Source: a virus
Lineage: Duplodnaviria; Caudoviricetes
Reading direction: 5' to 3' (one strand)
DNA length: 26,575 bases
Virus record (IMG/VR): IMGVR_UViG_3300032050_000692
Span: 1-26,575 of that record
This document shows positions 19,895 to 25,697 of this stretch, piece by piece; position 1 is the stretch's first letter, and every line of letters begins with the position of its first letter. The notes beneath the pieces are model-generated. The model saw only the letters and a list, made by a program, of their open reading frames with translations. It had not been told where the DNA came from and did not search any database. Position numbers and translations under genes: made by a program.

Positions 19895-20413
19895 TTATTT
19901 TATAAAAGGCTGAAAGACATTAAAGACAGTATTGTCTATCGTCTTACGTTTACGGGCTATGTAAGGATTTAACATATATACAACGCGTAGTTCTCCTGAG
20001 ATCCTACCTTTGATCTGATAAAGCACACCAAGCTCCATAAGTTTTTTTAACAGCTTAAAGAACTTATCTCTTGATGAGTAGCCTAAGAACGATTGAAGTG
20101 ATTCATTGCTGTGAGGTTGAGGACCATTGTATACAAGGTTTAAGGGAGTCTTGAGATCAGTAGCCATAAGAAGCACGTTGCTAAGCTCAGCACGTGATAA
20201 CTCATTAGATAAAAACTTTACTGTTTCACTGTCTAATACAACATAATCATCAGAACTCATTACGACATAGTCTCCTTTCTCTGTGACGCTTACGGAAAGT
20301 TTGTCTTTGCCAAGTGTAGAGCTTAGTAACTCACCAGTCTCGGTGTTAACATAAGTTTCTAGATCAAAGTCTATATTTTTCTTTAGTCTAGGCTGTGTAA
20401 TTTTGTTTCCCAT
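19895..20413 (-). CDS. RepL-like winged-helix replication/regulatory protein
   Basis: YVNTETGE start, LQSFLGYS..KFFKLLKKLMELGVL HTH and VYMLNPYIARK, as in RepL-family proteins. Confidence 0.65.
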   Translation of the reverse strand: MGNKITQPRLKKNIDFDLETYVNTETGELLSSTLGKDKLSVSVTEKGDYVVMSSDDYVVLDSETVKFLSNELSRAELSNVLLMATDLKTPLNLVYNGPQPHSNESLQSFLGYSSRDKFFKLLKKLMELGVLYQIKGRISGELRVVYMLNPYIARKRKTIDNTVFNVFQPFIK

Positions 20414-20417
20414 AGTA

Positions 20418-20447
20418 CAAAGTTAATATAATTTTTTTATAATACAA
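20418..20447 (-). promoter_or_regulatory. Bacteroidota promoter TTG-N19-TAACTTTG
   Basis: Exact TAnnTTTG at 20425-20418, 4 nt before the ATG at 20413; TTG at 20447-20445. Confidence 0.7.
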
Positions 20448-20456
20448 TGACGTAAT

Positions 20457-20505
20457 GTCCCTTTTAGGGGACTTTTAACCCCCTATAAGTCCCTTTTAGG
20501 GGACT
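20457..20505. repeat. Two 17-bp direct repeats GTCCCTTTTAGGGGACT, each a near-palindrome, 32 bp apart
   Basis: Copies at 20457-20473 and 20489-20505. Confidence 0.9.
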
Positions 20506-20760
20506 CGTATAAATCCTCTGTAACGTAAGAGCAGTATAGGATATAGAAGATTTTTTGTGATTTCACGCTTGATATTATTTGGGAACCTTCTTTCAGTAGT
20601 TAAGGGTATAGCCTTATATACCAAAAAAATTTTCAGGGTATGGCCTAAAAAATACACCAGTGGTTTAAAAAAATATACCCCCCCCCCTATTCCCTGTGGG
20701 GAAAAACTAAGAAGAGGCAATAGTGGTTACCACCTAGACCTCGAACCCCTACTAACTTTT

Positions 20761-20783
20761 GGGCGGGGGAAACACCCCCGTCC
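20761..20783 (+). promoter_or_regulatory. GC-rich hairpin upstream of the first plus-strand gene
   Basis: GGGCGGGGG-AAACA-CCCCCGTCC, 9-bp stem with one G-T pair. Confidence 0.55.
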
Positions 20784-20808
20784 GTTTAACGCCTCTAAAA
20801 CCGTAATC

Positions 20809-21105
20809 ATGGCACTAAACATCAACCTCATCTCGGCTACCGTCAAGCAGTACGGTACGCCTCTATTCCAACTCGAAGAGACTATCGGCACCTTCGATGC
20901 TAACACTGCCGATATCACCATCGTCGACGACACGACGTTTATGTTTCAAGGCTACTATGTACGCCTTCGAAACAAAAACATCGAGGCAGGCGAGACTACT
21001 GCGACACCACGTGAGTGGACCATGGGACAGTTCGTCTCGACACGTGAGTTCGAGTTCAACGGAACCACGTATCCTGCTGGTCGTCAGGTACTTATGGCGT
21101 TCTAA
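20809..21105 (+). CDS. Hypothetical 98-aa protein, first gene of the plus-strand (early) block
   Basis: Start reassigned to ATG 20809 (MALNINLISATVKQY...): it has a CCTCTAAAACC leader and consistent C-ending codon bias begins here. Confidence 0.8.
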   Translation: MALNINLISATVKQYGTPLFQLEETIGTFDANTADITIVDDTTFMFQGYYVRLRNKNIEAGETTATPREWTMGQFVSTREFEFNGTTYPAGRQVLMAF

Positions 21106-21113
21106 GAGTGCTT

Positions 21114-21139
21114 ACCAACCCCCTTCGGGGGGTATTGGT
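21114..21139 (+). terminator. cUUCGg hairpin, terminator or processing stem
   Basis: ACCAA-CCCCC-TTCG-GGGGG-TA-TTGGT with only a weak U-tract. Confidence 0.6.
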
Positions 21140-21219
21140 GTTGTTCTGCGGTCCTTAAATACGACTCGATATATTAAGTTTATCGCTTAATTCAGTATTC
21201 ACCTCTAAAACCTCAGACT

Positions 21220-21288
21220 ATGGAGACATACATCATAGTAGACGGTGTTGTTACTATCCTCGAATGGGTAGTAAACACCAACGCATAG
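21220..21288 (+). CDS. Candidate 22-aa microprotein METYIIVDGVVTILEWVVNTNA
   Basis: Same CCTCTAAAACC leader as the 98-aa gene, C-ending codons, double stop TAG TAA. Confidence 0.45.
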   Translation: METYIIVDGVVTILEWVVNTNA

Positions 21289-21336
21289 TAACATGCGTGA
21301 TAAACACAGCCCTTTGACTAGGGCTATGTTTAATAT

Positions 21337-21427
21337 ACTCTCATCCAATAGGTAAATGTGGGCCATCAGAAATGATGTCTGCTTCAAATGTGTCACATAC
21401 ATCAAGGATTAGAACCTTGTGAGAGTA
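21337..21427 (+). ncRNA. tRNA-shaped structured element
   Basis: 7-bp closing stem ACTCTCA/TGAGAGT plus A, directly preceded by a 5-bp stem with 7-nt loop (CAAGG-ATTAGAA-CCTTG); internal CATCA-GAAA-TGATG hairpin. Confidence 0.4.
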
Positions 21428-21462
21428 CTAATCTAGGAGATGATACGTAGGCCTAGCTACAA

Positions 21463-21612
21463 TTAACTAATCTGCACCATTCTCACTTCCCAAGGGTGAG
21501 CAGTTGTAATATACTCCCAGTAAATTTGCCTATAAGGTTTGGGGTTAAAACACGTAAAAGTAGCCAGTGAAACAAATGGTTGTGGTATTACAACTGAGTG
21601 CAGAGGGGTTAA
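21463..21612 (+). ncRNA. Twister-ribozyme-like pseudoknotted RNA (P1-type variant with long P5)
   Basis: P1 TTAAC/GTTAA, TAA, P2 TGCA/TGCA, P4 CTCAC/GTGAG with loop TTCCCAAGG, P5 CAGTTGTAATA/TATTACAACTG, 3' GAGGG. Confidence 0.6.
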
Positions 21613-21640
21613 CTATTATTTACCTTTAAAACTAAACACA

Positions 21641-21844
21641 ATGAACACAATCAGATTAATCGGAAGACTAGCAGTAAGCATGCTAATTGTAATCTTATTC
21701 GAAGGCTTATTAACATTAGGATTGGCCTTTAAATCAGAGATTTACCAATCTCCACTTGCATGGATAGTACAAGTACTAATAGTATGTGGTACAGTATGGT
21801 GGGCTGCTGAATGGCATAACGAAGAAACAAGTAAACAGTCATGA
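21641..21844 (+). CDS. Small membrane protein (67 aa, two hydrophobic segments)
   Basis: Start reassigned to ATG 21641 (MNTIRLIGRL...) after the CCTTTAAAAC leader. Confidence 0.75.
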   Translation: MNTIRLIGRLAVSMLIVILFEGLLTLGLAFKSEIYQSPLAWIVQVLIVCGTVWWAAEWHNEETSKQS

Positions 21845-21915
21845 TAGTAGTAAACATCATTATCATAGCTGCAATTCTTGGATTCACTATTTATTTATTA
21901 CTCAATAACTTATGA
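21841..21915 (+). CDS. 24-aa single-TM microprotein MIVVNIIIIAAILGFTIYLLLNNL
   Basis: ATGA overlaps at both ends; entirely hydrophobic. Confidence 0.6.
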   Translation: MIVVNIIIIAAILGFTIYLLLNNL

Positions 21916-22082
21916 AAAAGACAGCATTAGCCCTTATGATCTTTATGATACTAGTCACCTTTACAATGGTGCTAGTATCATTATCTAACACATTACTCAA
22001 CCCTGCACTGTCCTGGTTCTTGACTGCAATGTATTTCATAGCCACACTAGGCTCTATTCTTGTATATCAGGGTGAGAAATAG
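21912..22082 (+). CDS. Small membrane protein (56 aa, two hydrophobic segments)
   Basis: Hand translation MKKTALALMIFMILVTFTMVLVSLSNTLLNPALSWFLTAMYFIATLGSILVYQGEK; ATGA overlap; 11-bp hairpin at 22067-22095 over its stop. Confidence 0.65.
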   Translation: MKKTALALMIFMILVTFTMVLVSLSNTLLNPALSWFLTAMYFIATLGSILVYQGEK

Positions 22083-22127
22083 TCTCTCACCTTGATTATG
22101 CTATAACTTGTATTAAATCTATACACA

Positions 22128-22373
22128 ATGAAGTATCTTAAAACCTTAAACCGACCAACAAAAGCACTAGTTGCTTTATTATTGCCTGCTGTATACTTGA
22201 CTATACTCAACAAGGCATTATTACTAGCTCTATATATCTCATTCGGCATGACTACTAAAGAGTATAACAACTCTTACTTAGTACTGACCTTGAATATCTT
22301 GGCTGGCCTGTTCTTCTTGTATGAGACACTACTGTTCTTATACAGCAACAAGCGAACACCGATAGAATATTAA
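22128..22373 (+). CDS. Small membrane protein (81 aa)
   Basis: Two long hydrophobic stretches and an A-rich leader. Confidence 0.7.
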   Translation: MKYLKTLNRPTKALVALLLPAVYLTILNKALLLALYISFGMTTKEYNNSYLVLTLNILAGLFFLYETLLFLYSNKRTPIEY

Positions 22374-22378
22374 TTACA

Positions 22379-22462
22379 TAGTTATAGTAGGATAGCTCTT
22401 ACTATAACTACACGTTTTAGAGGTAAGCCCTGCTTGGTTAATACTAAGTGGGGCTTTATTTC
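22379..22462 (+). terminator. Tandem hairpins, the second a terminator
   Basis: 14-bp stem at 22379-22410; AAGCCCTGCTTGGT/ACTAAGTGGGGCTT stem at 22425-22456 followed by TATTT. Confidence 0.65.
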
Positions 22463-22621
22463 TACACATTGTTTTTTCATTTAATAATCCAACATCAAAG
22501 CGCATCGTCACAAAAACTTTGATAGGAAACCATTACAGCATGTTCGGCTGTAATGTCTAGGCTTTATAAGCCTGATCTAGAACACAATCTATTATTTATT
22601 TATCTATTAAAAACAATTATC

Positions 22622-23140
22622 ATGAACAAAATCGTTTTAGAATCTGCAAAAGGAGTAAAAGGTAACAAAGTACAACTTACTTTCTCACAAGTAGTGAACA
22701 CTGGCAAATCATCAAATAACATTCTTGGTTTATTAAACGCATCTGACGATCGCTTTAATCAATCTAAGCCTCGTTATGCATGGTTATCAGGTGAGAAAGC
22801 AGATATCACTGCACAATTTGGCATCGATGTAACTAACCTTACTGAAGGTGAAGAGCTTATCATTAACCAAGAAGATCCACGTCTTGCTGGTGCACCTGAT
22901 ATGCCATTAAACATTCAGATTGTAGAGACTACAAAAGGTACAGAGTATGATGTAGCTAACTTTGAGACACGTGCTAAACGTGCTGGTAAAGATGGTGACT
23001 TCATTCTTCACAACGGTTTGTATATCTATAGCCGCTCACTTGTAGTAACAGGTGAAGCAAAACATGTTATTTTGGAAGGTACTACTCGTTTAGATGTAGC
23101 ACAAACAGCTGATGTATTGTCTGCAGCACTCAACAATTAA
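22622..23140 (+). CDS. Phage protein (172 aa), possibly ssDNA-binding
   Basis: Start reassigned to ATG 22622 (MNKIVLESAKG) after an A-rich leader; high-expression codon bias; beta-rich with AKRAG..G....G.YIY motif. The function is a guess. Confidence 0.6.
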   Translation: MNKIVLESAKGVKGNKVQLTFSQVVNTGKSSNNILGLLNASDDRFNQSKPRYAWLSGEKADITAQFGIDVTNLTEGEELIINQEDPRLAGAPDMPLNIQIVETTKGTEYDVANFETRAKRAGKDGDFILHNGLYIYSRSLVVTGEAKHVILEGTTRLDVAQTADVLSAALNN

Positions 23141-23154
23141 TTGTTGATATAATA

Positions 23155-23186
23155 TAAGGGGTAGAGCAATCTGCCCCTTTATTATT
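23155..23186 (+). terminator. Intrinsic terminator with GCAA tetraloop
   Basis: AAGGGGTAGA-GCAA-TCTGCCCCTT followed by TATTATT. Confidence 0.75.
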
Positions 23187-23208
23187 AACCTTTAAATACC
23201 ACACTATC

Positions 23209-23472
23209 ATGTCTAAAGTAAAGAAAATTAAAAGAGTTCGCATGGATGAACTTGGTCTCTATTTAAATACAATAGAACTAGACCATAAACCACGAACAAA
23301 TAAAGAGCGAGCGGAGTTGGTAACTAAATACTTTAATGTAAAGTGTTTAGAAGAGGATGTAGATAATTATGAGAGACTTTTAAAAGAATACGATTATATA
23401 GTACAAGAAGATTACGAACTTGAGTCAAGACGTCAAGAGTATTTTTCACACCTAGGGTTTATATTCATATAA
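23209..23472 (+). CDS. Hypothetical protein
   Basis: 87-aa ORF with CCTTTAAATAC leader. Confidence 0.75.
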   Translation: MSKVKKIKRVRMDELGLYLNTIELDHKPRTNKERAELVTKYFNVKCLEEDVDNYERLLKEYDYIVQEDYELESRRQEYFSHLGFIFI

Positions 23473-23482
23473 ACAGTAGGAT

Positions 23483-23568
23483 AGTCAGGTGGCGGAATGG
23501 TAGACGCTAATGGTCAAGTATGTGAATCTAACCGCATACTGTTACAGGTTCGAATCCTGTCCTGACTA
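23483..23568 (+). tRNA. Atypical tRNA-Leu-like gene lacking a canonical anticodon arm
   Basis: Acceptor AGTCAGG/CCTGACT plus A73; D-arm TGGCGGAATGGTAGACGC; T-arm ACAGG-TTCGAAT-CCTGT; the middle is one 8-bp hairpin with loop AATCTAAC; no encoded CCA. Confidence 0.75.
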
Positions 23569-23620
23569 CTAGACAGCTTGGATAGACAAGCATTTTTATT
23601 AATCCTTTAAAACTTAAATT

Positions 23621-23881
23621 ATGTTAAAAGTACTAGACTTTAGTGCCAAATGGTGTGGACCCTGCAAAATGCTAAGTCCCATTATTGATGAGCTTGCATT
23701 AGAATATCCTGATGTTGAGATTCAAAAAATAGATGTAGATACTGAAAAAAATCTTACTATAGAATATAAAGTAAGAAGTATCCCTACTATAATCTTCATA
23801 AAAGATGATGAAATCATGCATAAACATGTAGGTAGTGCAAATAAGTTACAGATTGTTGAACTAATAGAATCTTTAAAATGA
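23621..23881 (+). CDS. trxA: Thioredoxin
   Basis: DFSAKWCGPCK active site, KIDVD, and VRSIPT cis-Pro motif. Confidence 0.93.
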   Translation: MLKVLDFSAKWCGPCKMLSPIIDELALEYPDVEIQKIDVDTEKNLTIEYKVRSIPTIIFIKDDEIMHKHVGSANKLQIVELIESLK

Positions 23882-24195
23882 GAGAGAGACAAAAATTAAC
23901 AGCAGGAATGTATGTTAAGATGAGTAATGATACTACTCAGCATGCAGCAGGTCTTACAAAAGACAAAAAATATAAAGTATTTGATGTAGAACATCTTGGA
24001 AAAAACACTTATTTCAGTATTATAAATGATCACGGTACAGCAGTATTGTGCATATTTGACAAATGTAGTTTGTTATATAAAAAGGATTGGGTTATAGTAT
24101 CTAACAGCATTTTAGATAATGAAGTCTATCAAGCATTGTTATATTTCTTTGCAGGTATTGGTTTTGGTTATTTACTATTTAATGTGATATTATGA
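23878..24195 (+). CDS. Hypothetical protein with SH3-like N-terminus and C-terminal TM anchor
   Basis: LTKDKKYKV...F.IINDHG pattern; hydrophobic C-terminus; ATGA overlaps. Confidence 0.65.
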   Translation: MRERQKLTAGMYVKMSNDTTQHAAGLTKDKKYKVFDVEHLGKNTYFSIINDHGTAVLCIFDKCSLLYKKDWVIVSNSILDNEVYQALLYFFAGIGFGYLLFNVIL

Positions 24196-25061
24196 AACCT
24201 TCTTTAGTAGAAAAAGTCAGTAGAAAGACTTTTAAAATCAGAGAATCAGGTAGATCTAGCGACTATATAAGCCCCTCATTTGGTTTTGGCTGCTTACTAG
24301 AATGTGGTTACTGCTACATGAAGCGTCATAAACCAAAGGGGCTTAGTGTTGCTAAGAATACAGGTGATATATTAACAGAGATTAACAATCATGCATTCTT
24401 TTATGCTGATGTTCCTAAACCTAATCAAACAGATGAACATTTTATTACTTACGATATTGCATGCAATGAAGACTTTGCGCTCCATGCCAAGTATCACGAT
24501 TGGCAAAGAATATTTGAATTCTTCCGCACGCATCCTATTGCAAAAGCTACACTTGCGACTAAAATAATACCTATTGACTTTCTAGAATACAATCCTGAAG
24601 GTAAAGTAAGAATTAGATTTAGTCTAATGCCACAAAAGATATCAAGTATATTGGAACCTAATACTAGTTTAATCATCGATAGAATCAAAGCTATTGATGC
24701 ATTTATAGAAGCAGGGTACGATGTACATGTTAACTTTAGTCCTGTAGTAGTATATCCTGGTTATTTAGAAGACTATGCTGAATTGTTTGAAATGTTAGAG
24801 CATTATGTAGATTATAAGGATCAAGTAAAAGCTGAAGTAATTTTCTTGACTCATAATAAATCTAAGCATATTTACAATCTTATAAATAATGTACCAGGTG
24901 AAGATTTGTTATGGACTCCTAACAACCAAGAGACTAAAAATTCACAGTACGGCGGAGAGAATATTAGATATCAATTAGCTCTTAAAGCTAAATATATCCA
25001 AGATTTTAAAACTTTACATGATTCTATAATCCCTTGGAATACAATTCGTTACATTTTTTAA
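24192..25061 (+). CDS. Spore photoproduct lyase-like radical SAM protein
   Basis: CLLECGYC (CX3CX2C), YDIACNED, ATK, RIRFSLMP, E..TS.I..RI.A...F.EAGY.V..NFSPV, consistent with the SplB family. Confidence 0.85.
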   Translation: MKPSLVEKVSRKTFKIRESGRSSDYISPSFGFGCLLECGYCYMKRHKPKGLSVAKNTGDILTEINNHAFFYADVPKPNQTDEHFITYDIACNEDFALHAKYHDWQRIFEFFRTHPIAKATLATKIIPIDFLEYNPEGKVRIRFSLMPQKISSILEPNTSLIIDRIKAIDAFIEAGYDVHVNFSPVVVYPGYLEDYAELFEMLEHYVDYKDQVKAEVIFLTHNKSKHIYNLINNVPGEDLLWTPNNQETKNSQYGGENIRYQLALKAKYIQDFKTLHDSIIPWNTIRYIF

Positions 25062-25070
25062 ACTATCTTT

Positions 25071-25256
25071 ATGCAGAAATTTAAACTAATTTTTATAGGC
25101 ACAATGTTAGGCATAATAGTAAGCATTTTTGTTGACAAAGCTAATTATAGACCTATTGTAGAAAAATATACTATTAGTATTACTCAAGATTGGGAAAAAA
25201 CATGTAACCCACGTGAGCGTGCTTATTACGAACATTTAATTAGAACTAAGCCATGA
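25071..25256 (+). CDS. Small protein with N-terminal TM/signal segment
   Basis: 61 aa with hydrophobic N-terminus. Confidence 0.65.
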   Translation: MQKFKLIFIGTMLGIIVSIFVDKANYRPIVEKYTISITQDWEKTCNPRERAYYEHLIRTKP

Positions 25257-25351
25257 TTAAAGAATTAGAATTCTGGCTTAAATACATCATAGTTATTGTA
25301 CTAATTGTGTACATACTTAAACAACTATCATGTTATGAGTTTCTCTATTAA
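25253..25351 (+). CDS. 32-aa single-TM microprotein
   Basis: MIKELEFWLKYIIVIVLIVYILKQLSCYEFLY; ATGA overlap with the previous gene. Confidence 0.5.
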   Translation: MIKELEFWLKYIIVIVLIVYILKQLSCYEFLY

Positions 25352-25389
25352 CTAAACAACAAGAACAATAAACCCCTAAATTTCTAAAT

Positions 25390-25584
25390 ATGACAAAGTA
25401 CAAAGTAGTGCAAGTAGATGAGAATGTATTCGCTATTAAAAAGCGTGTATTATTTTTCTTTTGGTCTTATGTAACAGTGCCTAACTATCCTCGTATAGTA
25501 TGGACTTCTAGCTCTTACAGAGGCGCAAAAGCATACCACACTTTATTGGTTAATAAAGTGCAAAACAAAAAGAAAACTAAATAG
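25390..25584 (+). CDS. Hypothetical basic protein
   Basis: 64 aa, KYKVV...F.IKKRVLFFFW pattern, A-rich leader. Confidence 0.7.
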   Translation: MTKYKVVQVDENVFAIKKRVLFFFWSYVTVPNYPRIVWTSSSYRGAKAYHTLLVNKVQNKKKTK

Positions 25585-25697
25585 TCAAGTCTCTTGACAG
25601 TTGCATAATTATTGTAAATTATTTATATTTACAGTTAGCTTTTAGTTTTCCCGTACAACAATAATTTACTGATTATCAACTTAATAAGTTTTTACTT

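Noticed and set aside
20457-20690. Mini CRISPR array
   Set aside because: Only two 17-bp copies with a 15-bp gap, and no cas genes.
20557-20808. N-terminal extension of the 182-aa track ORF and the antisense ORFs at 20496-20933
   Set aside because: They run through repeats, poly-C and a hairpin. Codon bias and the leader motif start only at ATG 20809.
21521-21528. TAAATTTG as a host promoter
   Set aside because: It matches TAnnTTTG but sits inside the P5 insert over 110 nt from the next ATG. It may be chance in AT-rich DNA, so it was not called.
21336-21612. Hammerhead, HDV/theta, hatchet or SAM-I identity for the structured region
   Set aside because: Core motifs (CUGAnGA with GAAA stems, nested HDV P1-P4 order, SAM-I AUC/GCAACC) could not be fitted by eye. 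Only the twister-like layout fits, and imperfectly.
21539-21640. TTG-start extension of the 101-aa track ORF
   Set aside because: It overlaps the twister-like structure; ATG 21641 has the shared leader motif.
22553-22621. Upstream ATG for the 195-aa track ORF
   Set aside because: It lies within hairpins; ATG 22622 has the typical A-rich leader.
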